Positions 9,237-18,200 are shown, counted from the stretch's first letter. The stretch is DNA of 64,000 nucleotides from Candidatus Magasanikiibacteriota bacterium (GCA_023246755.1 JAHFHU010000004.1:4214-68213), one strand, 5' to 3'. Made by a program: numbers and translations. The notes: a model not told the origin generated them from the sequence alone.

Positions 9237-10466
9237 TTAAATGCCAAGTGCGCGATATAACTTCTCTATTTTTTCCTGTGCTCGCATGTGCAACTTGTCA
9301 ACTATTTTGGCGCTTTTAAGTAGTTTTTGAAAAAACTCTTCTGCGTTCATCTCAGAATGCTCACGATAAAATTTAGGAAATTCATCAACAAAACGAGCAG
9401 CATCTGGATCACGAACAACACCTGTTTTTGCAAGTGTTGTTCGTATTTCTTCATCACTCATCGTGGTTTTTAGATCCTCAAAGCCTTTTTTTATAGTGGG
9501 TGCGTAGCGCTGTAAAATCCGTTCGGGTTCATTTTTAAAAACACCATCAAGCATAAGTATATCAGCCGCTGTCAAATGCTCTTTTAAGAGCGTAATGTCT
9601 GTCAAATCATAGTTACGTCCTGTTTCGATCTTATGGTAAGCAACTAACGCAGGATGCGAAAGATTTACGAGTCGACCACTTGTGGTTGTATATATGCGCC
9701 CGTGAGCAAAATATTCTGCGGGAAACGTTGTGCCGCTGTAAGGAATGGTTTTTGTGCCGTCTTCATTTGATACGATAATATGGAGATCAATAAAATTCAA
9801 TTTATCGTGCTCATTATTTATCATCCCATTAGGATTGATCCGTGCAATTTGCAGTTCACTCAAAGCACGCTCTGCAATCTCGACAGCAGATACAACCTCA
9901 ACACACCGCTGCGTCTCTGTGTAACGAGTACGGTCAGAAAAAATAATTGTGTACCCACGAGTTGCCAACTGTTTTTCTAATGCGGGCAAATTTTCAACAG
10001 AAATACTCATGTCAACATCCTTGTGATCACGAATGAATGAGCCGTCACCTTGTAAAAGTGAAATATTAATTGCGCCATCAAGCCACCAACCGAATTCAGC
10101 CCCTTCCATCAGTTCTCCTAAATCATTCAAACGTTTTTCAATTTCAATTTTTCGTTCTGTGGTTGGTCCCTGATATTTTTTTATTGTTTCATCAAAATTC
10201 GCACCGCTAAAATCATCAAATTTTTTAAGAAACTGGGTTTTAAAGTTCTGTCCCGAATGCTCCAAGGCACGCCGCACACGTTCAGAATTTGCTTGTTCGG
10301 ATAAACCTACCGGATCAATTTGCACAACACTCTCAACGGCTTCGACTTCACTAGCTATTCCATCAAAATTTTTTGGATCCTGTGTCATATAATAAAACAA
10401 AATATTTGTGTCATCGTACGCTCTACACCCCAATTTTCCAAACCCCCTTCTCCAAAAATGCTTCAA
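9237..10466 (-). CDS. nucleotidyltransferase-fold protein with ANT(2'')/Lnu-like core domain flanked by N- and C-terminal extensions; start codon uncertain (10466 or an internal ATG near 10390)
   Basis: Central segment FGWWLDGAINISLLQGDGSFIRDHKDVDMSI parallels the ANT(2'')-Ia region W-I-GGGWAIDARLG...RKHDDIDL (Gly-rich nucleotide loop plus the h-D-h-D metal motif). Lies immediately downstream of the Fic gene in the same orientation. Confidence 0.55.
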   Translation of the reverse strand: MKHFWRRGFGKLGCRAYDDTNILFYYMTQDPKNFDGIASEVEAVESVVQIDPVGLSEQANSERVRRALEHSGQNFKTQFLKKFDDFSGANFDETIKKYQGPTTERKIEIEKRLNDLGELMEGAEFGWWLDGAINISLLQGDGSFIRDHKDVDMSISVENLPALEKQLATRGYTIIFSDRTRYTETQRCVEVVSAVEIAERALSELQIARINPNGMINNEHDKLNFIDLHIIVSNEDGTKTIPYSGTTFPAEYFAHGRIYTTTSGRLVNLSHPALVAYHKIETGRNYDLTDITLLKEHLTAADILMLDGVFKNEPERILQRYAPTIKKGFEDLKTTMSDEEIRTTLAKTGVVRDPDAARFVDEFPKFYREHSEMNAEEFFQKLLKSAKIVDKLHMRAQEKIEKLYRALGI

Positions 10467-11295
10467 TGGTTTGACGATGCGCTTTGTTGATCAAGTTGGA
10501 ATGAGAAATTTTTTGTATTTTTGCAAAATCAACAAGTGTTATGATTTTTTTGCCTTCCAAATAGGCGAGCCGCTTATGGTAACTATTTGTTAGTGCTTTA
10601 CCAACAATTTCTTCCATAATCGTGGTCATGCCTCCTTGATCAAACTCCTTAAACGCATCATAATATTTTGTTCGATCAATAAATTTGATATTGATCGGCA
10701 CAAATCCCTCTCGGATCAGCTGGTAGTTATTAATCACGCGCCCAATACGACCATTCCCGTCGTTGAAGGGATGCAGATTTTCAAAAGTGAGGTGCAATTG
10801 CGCAATACGTTTAACAATGTTTTCATGCGCGCTGGCATGATACTGCGAAAACATTTTTACAAGACCGCTTTCAATTTCTTTTGGGGCCGGTGCAATGTGA
10901 CTACCAACACGAACAAATTCATTGCCGCGACGAAATCGCCCCGCAATATCATCCTGAATGTTTGAAATGAGCATTTTGTGGAGTGACAAAAGTGTGTCAG
11001 AATTCAACTCCTGCTCCTTGGCGCGTTTTTCAATATACGAAACGACGCGTGCCAAATTTTTTGCTTCAAATAATTCGCGCTCCGAAATATACCGATCCAA
11101 ATCAATTTGCAACAAAATCTTTTCGGTTTCTTCGAGCGTCAGCGTGCTATTTTCAATTGCATTCGAGTTATATACCTGTTCGGAAACTTCCGCCTCGCTC
11201 ACCAGTGCAATAAGCGCCTCTTTTCCAGCAGCCGCACGGTAATACCGCTCTCGCAATGCATTGATTTTATTAAAAACTGCAGAAATTTTTGCCAT
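10423..11295 (-). CDS. fic: Fic family protein (AMPylase) with N-terminal inhibitory helix and C-terminal winged-helix DNA-binding domain
   Basis: Fic motif HPFNDGNGRIGR. Inhibitory motif SNAIEN matching [ST]xxxE[GN] at residues about 50-55, as in class II Fic. C-terminal ITLVDFAKIQKISHSNLINKAHRQTIEAFLEKGV is wHTH-like. I prefer ATG at 11295 (MAKISAV...) over the upstream GTG at 11319. Confidence 0.8.
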   Translation of the reverse strand: MAKISAVFNKINALRERYYRAAAGKEALIALVSEAEVSEQVYNSNAIENSTLTLEETEKILLQIDLDRYISERELFEAKNLARVVSYIEKRAKEQELNSDTLLSLHKMLISNIQDDIAGRFRRGNEFVRVGSHIAPAPKEIESGLVKMFSQYHASAHENIVKRIAQLHLTFENLHPFNDGNGRIGRVINNYQLIREGFVPINIKFIDRTKYYDAFKEFDQGGMTTIMEEIVGKALTNSYHKRLAYLEGKKIITLVDFAKIQKISHSNLINKAHRQTIEAFLEKGVWKIGV

Positions 11296-11376
11296 ATGTC
11301 TTAGTATAGCAGTTTTCACGGTTTTGTCAATATAATCGTGAAAAACTAGAAATTAATGACATTTTTCACGGTTTTG
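11296..11376 (-). promoter_or_regulatory. sigma70-type promoter of fic (-35 TTGACA at 11325-11330, -10 TATACT at 11303-11308, 16-nt spacer) embedded in an array of TTTTCACG operator-like repeats
   Basis: Minus-strand read: TTGACAaaaccgtgaaaactgcTATACTaagacATATG. The 14-mer ttttcacggttttg is exact at 11313-11326 and 11363-11376. An inverted copy cgtgaaaa sits at 11337-11344. The start codon is only about 7 nt after the -10 element, implying a leaderless mRNA. Confidence 0.6.
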
Positions 11377-11379
11377 GCC

Positions 11380-12297
11380 CTACCCACCACAAAGCAGCCG
11401 ATGAATCTGTTTTCTTTGTGTCAAAGGAACGACAACAAAGTTATCAGCTTCTTCTAAAATTTCATGAAAAAACGGTTTAATGATTGTGGAAAACCATGCC
11501 GCGTTGTTTGAGTACAAAATTGATGTACCTGAATCAATATCTGCAATATTTACCAAACAGTTATAGTTCGGGTATTTTTTAAAATATTCATCAATCTGTT
11601 GTTTGAATGTATGAAAAAAAACTTTCCCATCGCTCAACATTTCAAATTGAGAAAAAACCAAATTCAGATCATTAAAAATTTTGGTATCGTTTTGCATGGT
11701 CTCATTAAATTTTAGTGCGAGCTCTTCTGCCATGTCAGCGTAATAGCGTTGCTGCCAGTTCGTCGGCAAATTAGTACGCTCGCCCAATTGCTCAAACGCA
11801 ATTCTATCTCGATCAACTGTTTCACCAGATTTAAAATTAAGTGTATTTTGAAGTATTGCAAAGGACAACAAATTTGCAGCTTCAGACAATATTTGTTTTT
11901 CAAAACCACGTTTTTCATACTCTTCCCAAATCAATGTTGCTGCAGCACCAACTCGTTCGATGTGAGCATTTTTTCCAATACGTGTTTCCCAAAACGCTTC
12001 CCATCCGTAATGGTGATCAAAAATTTCATGTACTCGAGTAGTCCCTTCCGTGTAATATGCAAACTGATGTGGATCCGATATATCCACGTAAATAAATTGA
12101 TCGTCAGGCTGCGCCTCGTAGATTATTTTAAAATCAGTTGTTTGCTCGCGCACAAATTGCGACACACTATGATTAAGCGGCCCCTCAAATACTGCAAGCG
12201 CCTGCTTCCCCTCCAATCTCAAAAGTTGTGCGTACGCAACCGCGCACGCAAAGGCATCGATGTCATTAAAAGCTTTTCCTGCGGTTACAATAAACAT
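11380..12297 (-). CDS. DHH family phosphoesterase (family II inorganic pyrophosphatase-like)
   Basis: N-terminal FNDIDAFACAVAYAQL (DxD), then YVDISDPHQ and IFDHHYG (DHH motif). Order and spacing as in the PpaC/DHH superfamily. Confidence 0.65.
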   Translation of the reverse strand: MFIVTAGKAFNDIDAFACAVAYAQLLRLEGKQALAVFEGPLNHSVSQFVREQTTDFKIIYEAQPDDQFIYVDISDPHQFAYYTEGTTRVHEIFDHHYGWEAFWETRIGKNAHIERVGAAATLIWEEYEKRGFEKQILSEAANLLSFAILQNTLNFKSGETVDRDRIAFEQLGERTNLPTNWQQRYYADMAEELALKFNETMQNDTKIFNDLNLVFSQFEMLSDGKVFFHTFKQQIDEYFKKYPNYNCLVNIADIDSGTSILYSNNAAWFSTIIKPFFHEILEEADNFVVVPLTQRKQIHRLLCGG

Positions 12298-12298
12298 A

Positions 12299-13153
12299 TT
12301 ATTTAATCATGAGCAACAAACCAGCCACCGCAACGCCCGCGCCAACAAATTTTCTTGGCAAATCCTCTCGCTCATCCAGCAGCCACGCGCCCGCAATGAA
12401 CATGAGAACAACTTTGAACGTGGTGACTGCAGACACGACACTTAAATTCCCCACAACAAACACCAAGCTTACCCATGATACATTTTGTGCAAATCTTAGT
12501 ACACCCGTGATCGCCACATCTTTTTTTGAATAACTATATTTATTTTTGGTAAAAAGAGCGGCAACTCCAAGACAAAAACAAGTCGCCCACCACGAAAGAA
12601 GCGCGCCAGCAGTAAAGCCCGATGTTTTTTGCAAATACCTTTCTGCTGTAATCAAAATACCTAAAAAGATTCCCGACAAAAGCACGCATAAAAAATATTT
12701 GTCGAACGTGTATTTTCCAATTTTATGTTTCCCAGAAATAATAACCATGGCGATGCACAATAATGTCGCGCCAAAAATTTGTGTGTTTGTTAATTTTTCG
12801 TTTAACAGAACAAATGACAAAATAATTGTAACGGGTGTGTAGATGTTACTCACGACGCTCGTCACACCCGCCTCAACATGTTTTTGCGCACTATATAAAA
12901 ACACATAGCTCAACGCTCCCGAAATTCCACACAAAATTGTTGCGGTCGCGAGCATCACATAATCCCCTGAAATACGGAACGGCTCAAATAGCAACAAACC
13001 AAATCCCAACATCGAGATAATGAGCGACACATGAAATGCAAATAAAATTTGATTGTCTGCTGTCGTGTGTTGTGTTTTTGCGAGCCACCGTCGCTGCAAT
13101 GGCGACGCGGTTGATGCAATAAAATAAAAGAGGTATGCCAAAAAACTATTCAT
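12299..13153 (-). CDS. DMT superfamily (EamA-like) transporter
   Basis: 284 aa, 10 TM helices in two 5-TM halves, typical of EamA duplication. Confidence 0.65.
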   Translation of the reverse strand: MNSFLAYLFYFIASTASPLQRRWLAKTQHTTADNQILFAFHVSLIISMLGFGLLLFEPFRISGDYVMLATATILCGISGALSYVFLYSAQKHVEAGVTSVVSNIYTPVTIILSFVLLNEKLTNTQIFGATLLCIAMVIISGKHKIGKYTFDKYFLCVLLSGIFLGILITAERYLQKTSGFTAGALLSWWATCFCLGVAALFTKNKYSYSKKDVAITGVLRFAQNVSWVSLVFVVGNLSVVSAVTTFKVVLMFIAGAWLLDEREDLPRKFVGAGVAVAGLLLMIK

Positions 13154-13332
13154 ATCGCGTCAATATTTTTCATTTGTTTTAAAGTATACGTATCGTCATA
13201 GCAGCGGTCAATGCTTCTAACCATTTTATCGTGACCACGTAGATTACCTTGACAAAATGACAAAAATTAGTCAAAATAACACCTGCCATTGGTTTTTCAG
13301 CTCCTTTTACTCTACACAAAAAGAGGGTTAAG

Positions 13333-13956
13333 ATGTTTCTCGAACTGCAGAATATCGGGTGGAACCTCCTCAGCCTGAGTCTGGTGGCGACGATCTCCTT
13401 TAGCATGACGGGTGCATGGGGCATTGCCAAACAAGCAAAAAACATCCTCGCAACTAGATCAGGCGCTTCCGTGAACACAAAGTGGAACATTGTGTTTGCG
13501 ATCATGTACGCAACGTGGTTCGTGTATGGCGCCGAAACACACAGCATGGCTATTATGGTGCAGAGCATCATGCGTGTACCCTTCATTGCGATCGTACTCG
13601 TACGGTTGTGGCAATTCAAGGGCTATACGCGAAGTGAAATCAGCATGGTCGTGTTGTTTACAAGCGCGTTCCTCGTCGTTAGCACCACTGTTTACATTGA
13701 CACCGCCTTCACCATCGTTTCATATCTCGGTGCCGCAGCGGCTAGTTTGCAGCCACTTGAGATTTGGAAAAAACGCTCTGTTGGGGTTGTCTCGATCGAA
13801 ATGATGTGGATTTACCTAGCGAGCGTCATGTTTTGGCTCTTCTACGGACTGGTTGCTCACGACATGCGCGTGTTTGGGATGTCAATTCCTTACATCACAA
13901 TCTATAGCACAACAATTGGCTTGTACTACCATTTCCGCAACAATCCAAACAACTAA
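13333..13956 (+). CDS. membrane protein with internal duplication, possible PQ-loop/SWEET-like transporter
   Basis: 207 aa, about 7 TM. Two related halves each ending in a Q-containing loop followed by W..Y-rich helices (KQAKNIL...WFVYG and LQPLEIWKK...WLFYGL). Confidence 0.35.
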   Translation: MFLELQNIGWNLLSLSLVATISFSMTGAWGIAKQAKNILATRSGASVNTKWNIVFAIMYATWFVYGAETHSMAIMVQSIMRVPFIAIVLVRLWQFKGYTRSEISMVVLFTSAFLVVSTTVYIDTAFTIVSYLGAAAASLQPLEIWKKRSVGVVSIEMMWIYLASVMFWLFYGLVAHDMRVFGMSIPYITIYSTTIGLYYHFRNNPNN

Positions 13957-13996
13957 CCGCCCGCGCTGATGTCACATCTTTGCGGGTGTTTTTTAT
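13957..13996 (+). terminator. Rho-independent terminator after 13333-13956 gene
   Basis: cccgc...gcggg stem with inner gatgtcacatc palindrome, followed by tgttttttat. Confidence 0.6.
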
Positions 13997-14088
13997 GTTT
14001 GGCACGACGTAGTGAACGACGTCGTGAAGGAAGTCAGAACCATTTGTGCAGAGAATTTATACTCGCGCACGAGGGTGGAAAAAATTAA

Positions 14089-15483
14089 TTAATGCATTTC
14101 TGCCTCTGTTTTCGCAGCAAGTTCTAATATTTTTTTACTGTACTCAACCGGATATTGTTTTCCATCTTTCTCATCTATTTTTTTAAGATAAGCAGGCAAC
14201 TTTTCAATTTCGAGTAAGCAATACTTTCGAATATCACTGAGTTCGGGGAGAGGTTTTACCAGTTTTCCATGACGTAACATCTCTATCAAAAGGGGTTCAC
14301 CGGACATTGCTTCTCCATCTAATCCAATAACGTCTTTTACCATGAAGCCGTCTTTGTCATAGATACGAAAAACTTGTTTTTTTCCCGGAAAACTTCTTTT
14401 ATTTTTTGCAAGCTTCATTACAGGTCTTATCTTTGTACCATCTTGTAATTCTGCAAGCTTGTAAACAACCTCCAGTTTAGGCGCATCAGGAGATGTGACT
14501 AATTCTGTAATAAGTAGAAAGCCATCGCATGGCGTCTTTTTTTGAATAATCTTACTAATTTCTTGTTCATCCAAATTCCCTGAAAGCAGTATTTTAATAT
14601 CTTTGAACCCCTTTGAATCCAACCTGCTGCGTGCATACTTTGTACGCTTAATCAAATCACCACTATCAATATACAACATTGCAACTTTTCCACCACTCTT
14701 GCGCATTTCCTCTGAGACGATAATAAGATTATCAACACCTTTCTCAAAATCATAGGTGTCTACAAGAACCACAGCCTCATCATTTGGAAACTCACTAATA
14801 AATGCCCGCATTGCTTCTATTTCACTCGGAAATGATTTAATGAATGCATGTGTCAAGGCGTTTAATACTTTTTTTGGTGCTTCAAGTCCATACTTTTTCC
14901 AAAAAAATAGCTGCGATGAAGATGGATTGCCGCCAACCATGTAGAGGCCACGCATGCACTTTAAACTTGATTCAAATCCTTGAGAACGAGTTACAGGTAA
15001 AATAACCGGTTTACCTTGAGCAGCTAAAACGACACGAATATTTTTAGATGAAAATGTTGTATTGGAAGAAACAGCATTCACTAAATACGCATAAAATAAT
15101 TCCAACTGCCAAAGCGGCCCTGTAAATCGCATCACCGTTTCCCCTGGAAAAAATGGCGTCCCTTCTCTCAACGCAAAAATGTCAGATAAAAACTTGAACT
15201 TTTTTAGTCGCTCAGCCATGTGTTTATCAATGAGTCTATGCTTTTTGAGCGCAGCGATGTCTTCTTTTGAATATACCCAATGTGTCAAATCAGACAAAAC
15301 CTCTTCCAAACCCGAAAATATAAGAAACTTTCTTTTTGATGACATCTCTCTGACGGTCAAGTCATATGTTGCCACAATATTTTCCATACCCGCTTTCCGC
15401 CATGCCTTCCACATAGCAAAAGCACCAGCTTGTGTTAGTAGCGGAAGATCTGTTTCGTAAAACTTACTACTTTTTTTTGTCAT
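14089..15483 (-). CDS. nicotinate/nicotinamide phosphoribosyltransferase family protein (NAPRTase/NAMPT superfamily)
   Basis: N-terminal KFYETDLPLLTQAGAFAMWKAW parallels the TDxYxxTM motif of the family. AMLYIDSGDL and KILLSGNLDE correspond to the conserved RxDSGD and SGxLDE/GG-L-x-E blocks. Start placed at MTKKSS (15483), giving a 17-nt overlap with the upstream LOG gene. Confidence 0.7.
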   Translation of the reverse strand: MTKKSSKFYETDLPLLTQAGAFAMWKAWRKAGMENIVATYDLTVREMSSKRKFLIFSGLEEVLSDLTHWVYSKEDIAALKKHRLIDKHMAERLKKFKFLSDIFALREGTPFFPGETVMRFTGPLWQLELFYAYLVNAVSSNTTFSSKNIRVVLAAQGKPVILPVTRSQGFESSLKCMRGLYMVGGNPSSSQLFFWKKYGLEAPKKVLNALTHAFIKSFPSEIEAMRAFISEFPNDEAVVLVDTYDFEKGVDNLIIVSEEMRKSGGKVAMLYIDSGDLIKRTKYARSRLDSKGFKDIKILLSGNLDEQEISKIIQKKTPCDGFLLITELVTSPDAPKLEVVYKLAELQDGTKIRPVMKLAKNKRSFPGKKQVFRIYDKDGFMVKDVIGLDGEAMSGEPLLIEMLRHGKLVKPLPELSDIRKYCLLEIEKLPAYLKKIDEKDGKQYPVEYSKKILELAAKTEAEMH

Positions 15484-16231
15484 AAAATTCGTTAAGCACA
15501 CCTCTTTGTTGATCAATAACTTCTGAAAGGCGTGGCAATAATTCGCTTAGTGTAGTAAAATGCACGGCTTCTGATTCACCACGCACATTCTGCTGAGAGC
15601 CGGAGAGAACTTGGCTCTTACGGATGGCCATTTCTATGATCCGTCGATCATCCTCAGGCCAATCAATAAAAAATGCCACCGGGATAACTGGGTACTGAAT
15701 CGCATTGTCTGGTGTTTTTTTAGCCGCAGCAAGTGTTCTTTTCGCTGTTTCAATGTGCGCAAGCCCTTGAATGGCTTCTGCAATTGTGCCCAAAGTTGTA
15801 GCGGAAGACGGGACAAACAAATAAACGGCAACATGTGGGCGCTCAAGTTTATTTGTTATGTTAGGCACACCCTCAGCAAGAACATGCATGCTTTTTGTCA
15901 GATGACCCGTATTTTCAGTTGCTTCTTTGATGAAAGAAGGGCGCTGTGCAACATGAAACTCGACAATACCTCCATTTCTTCTACGCTCCCTTTGCTTTTT
16001 AGAAAAACCATTGGCTATTTCACCTGTATAAGTGCTAGCTAGTGCTGGTCCGGTATATAACACAGCATGCTTACTGCTTAAAAAACTACCAAGCTCTTGT
16101 AGTTTTTGACGGTAAGACCCATCAAGCTCATTAAAACTGCCCCCAAACATAGATATCGGAATGAGGCGTTTTTTTTCAAGAGGCTCTCTTGATTCCGAAA
16201 CTTCTGAGTTATTTACAAATTTTTCATGCAT
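15467..16231 (-). CDS. LOG family protein (TIGR00730-like nucleotide 5'-monophosphate nucleosidase / Rossmann SLOG)
   Basis: IPISMFGGSF...AVLYTGPA (GGS...YGGG-like N-terminal Rossmann), NGGIVEFHV, and HVAVYLFVPSSATTLGTIAEA matching the PGGxGTxxE LOG signature. Confidence 0.65.
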   Translation of the reverse strand: MHEKFVNNSEVSESREPLEKKRLIPISMFGGSFNELDGSYRQKLQELGSFLSSKHAVLYTGPALASTYTGEIANGFSKKQRERRRNGGIVEFHVAQRPSFIKEATENTGHLTKSMHVLAEGVPNITNKLERPHVAVYLFVPSSATTLGTIAEAIQGLAHIETAKRTLAAAKKTPDNAIQYPVIPVAFFIDWPEDDRRIIEMAIRKSQVLSGSQQNVRGESEAVHFTTLSELLPRLSEVIDQQRGVLNEFYDKKK

Positions 16232-16239
16232 AGAGTGAA

Positions 16240-17142
16240 TTAATCATAAATACTCTGTTCAATTATTTTTGATGCATCAACAAGCGTAATTCGTAATTTG
16301 TTAAGCACACTCTCAGGCAAATCAATTGTATTTGAAACTAGGATGCGTTCAAAACCGATATCTCGAATAATCGATACCGCAGAAAGCGAAAACAGTGCAT
16401 GAGTTACACATAAGTAAAACCGTGTAAAACCATGATCACGTAGTAGTTTGACAGCCTCAGAAATTGTGCCTCCTGTGTCGAGAATATCATCAACAATGAC
16501 CGCTGTAAAGCCGCGGACCTTGCCATTCAGCCCTGCAGCCTTGACATTACCCATTTCATCCCTCTTTTTGTCTAATACTACAATATTTTTGGTTTTAAGC
16601 TCCTTGCAAAAAAGCTGTGCCTGCTTTATCCCCCCAGTATCTGGTGATACAACGGTATACTCAGTATCAGTTAATTCTGACTTTAACTCTTGTGCAAAGA
16701 GTGGCATCATTGAAATATCGCTTATTTCAATAGGGCTGTCTTCAATTATTCGCTCACTGTGTAAATCAATCGTGATGATTTTTTGGCAGCCATTGCAAGC
16801 AAATGTCCGTAAAATCATCTGCACGGTGACCGGATCACCTTCTTTTTTCAAACGATCTTGTCGACTATAACCAAAATATGGAAGTACCAGCAGGATTCTT
16901 TCCGATCCAGAACGACGTAGCGTGTCTAACAGCAGATTGGTTGCAAAAAAATTTTCATTCGGCGGCCCTGCGTGACCCAAAACAACAGCATTTTTGTTAG
17001 TATGGTTCAGACTAACGAATAATTCTCCATTCGAAAACATCCTCCATTCTGTCGAGCTTAACCCGTTACCACCATTATCAACGATTTTTTTCTCGAGTGT
17101 GGTAGGTTTTTGTAAACAATAAAGTTTAGGACTCTCTCTCAT
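16240..17142 (-). CDS. prs: ribose-phosphate pyrophosphokinase (PRPP synthetase) family
   Basis: LPYFGYSRQDR (conserved in Prs as PYFGYARQDR). VIVDDILDTGGT is a PRPP-binding type I PRTase motif. 300 aa. Confidence 0.8.
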   Translation of the reverse strand: MRESPKLYCLQKPTTLEKKIVDNGGNGLSSTEWRMFSNGELFVSLNHTNKNAVVLGHAGPPNENFFATNLLLDTLRRSGSERILLVLPYFGYSRQDRLKKEGDPVTVQMILRTFACNGCQKIITIDLHSERIIEDSPIEISDISMMPLFAQELKSELTDTEYTVVSPDTGGIKQAQLFCKELKTKNIVVLDKKRDEMGNVKAAGLNGKVRGFTAVIVDDILDTGGTISEAVKLLRDHGFTRFYLCVTHALFSLSAVSIIRDIGFERILVSNTIDLPESVLNKLRITLVDASKIIEQSIYD

Positions 17143-17285
17143 ATTTATTGTATTTTATCACAGTAGTAAAACCTTTGCGAATTAATTTGGCTCTATAAAA
17201 CTTGGAAACCCAGATTTTTGCTTTGAGTAGAATGGATGACGTTATTAACGCGAAAACCGAGGCATTAACCTCGGTTCTTTCACGC

Positions 17286-17359
17286 TGGCACGGGCGGATG
17301 GAATCGAACCAACGCCAAAGGTTTTGGAGACCTTCGTTCTACCATTAAACTACGCCCGC
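17286..17359 (-). tRNA. tRNA-Trp (anticodon CCA)
   Basis: Reverse complement GCGGGCGTAGTTTAATGGTAGAACGAAGGTCTCCAAAACCTTTGGCGTTGGTTCGATTCCATCCGCCCGTGCCA. 7-bp acceptor stem (one G-U pair), anticodon loop CTCCAAA, T-loop GTTCGATTC, encoded CCA. Confidence 0.85.
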
Positions 17360-17360
17360 A

Positions 17361-18191
17361 TTATTTTTTAACATCTTCTTGCGATGGCCCCGTCGGCGGC
17401 GCAAGGACACCCGCGAATCGGAGGCCGAGAGTACTGTACACGACTAACGCAATAACTTCAACTAGCGGCGCAGGGCCGATGCCGAAAATAATACACAGAC
17501 CCCACAAAACGAGCGGCCCGGTTATCGCGGCCATGTGCAGCGCGAGCGCATCGCGAAACGACATCTGATCGTGGTATACAAATCGCTGCATCACCATGGC
17601 GAGCACACTCCATACGGAAATAAGCAATGTCGAAAATACCACGCTGCTCACAAAAAAATAAAGAAAAATCATGATGGTCACAACCGTGATTGCGGCCGCT
17701 TCATGATCAACGACGATCCCGCGAACATCGTCGAGATTAAATTTAAAATCGCCTCCATCGCGCCACAACATGCGCTCAACTTCCATTTCTTTTTTGTCTG
17801 CACTGGGCTGCGTCGCCCGTGCCACTACAATTTCAAGCGCCTCTTTTGAAATAAAAACCTGCGCCTGTGCCGGACGTGTTGGCGTCGAACTCACCGTATC
17901 AACCATCAAAACGAAATCACCATCAACCAAAGAATATGGCTGATCGACGCCGCTCACGGAAAAATCAGCCCCCTTTTTTTCAATCGTCACCCCGCGTGGA
18001 ATTTGCGCAAGCTTGTGACCCGCTGACCGAACCACGTCCGTTATATCCGGCGTGAACGCTAACGCCAAAAAAAACGCGACAAAAATATGCAGCTGAAAAA
18101 AATAGGAAAACTTAAGCGGCTCGCGTCGAGCTCCCGCGAGTGCCTGAATATTTGCAATGTACCCACGAAACTGACGTGGAAATTGCATCAT
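17361..18191 (-). CDS. hypothetical integral membrane protein
   Basis: 276-aa ORF with hydrophobic N-terminal segment and 4-5 C-terminal TM helices. Sits between rpmG and tRNA-Trp, where secE-nusG is found in many bacteria. Confidence 0.45.
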   Translation of the reverse strand: MMQFPRQFRGYIANIQALAGARREPLKFSYFFQLHIFVAFFLALAFTPDITDVVRSAGHKLAQIPRGVTIEKKGADFSVSGVDQPYSLVDGDFVLMVDTVSSTPTRPAQAQVFISKEALEIVVARATQPSADKKEMEVERMLWRDGGDFKFNLDDVRGIVVDHEAAAITVVTIMIFLYFFVSSVVFSTLLISVWSVLAMVMQRFVYHDQMSFRDALALHMAAITGPLVLWGLCIIFGIGPAPLVEVIALVVYSTLGLRFAGVLAPPTGPSQEDVKK

Positions 18192-18200
18192 ACGAAACGG

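Noticed and set aside
10408-11304. Short plus-strand ORFs (61-109 aa) across the fic gene
   Set aside because: Antisense to Fic, whose HPFNDGNGRIGR motif fixes the true frame.
13179-13619. 146-aa minus-strand ORF
   Set aside because: Overlaps the better-supported plus-strand membrane-protein gene (13333-13956). Low-complexity hydrophobic antisense translation.
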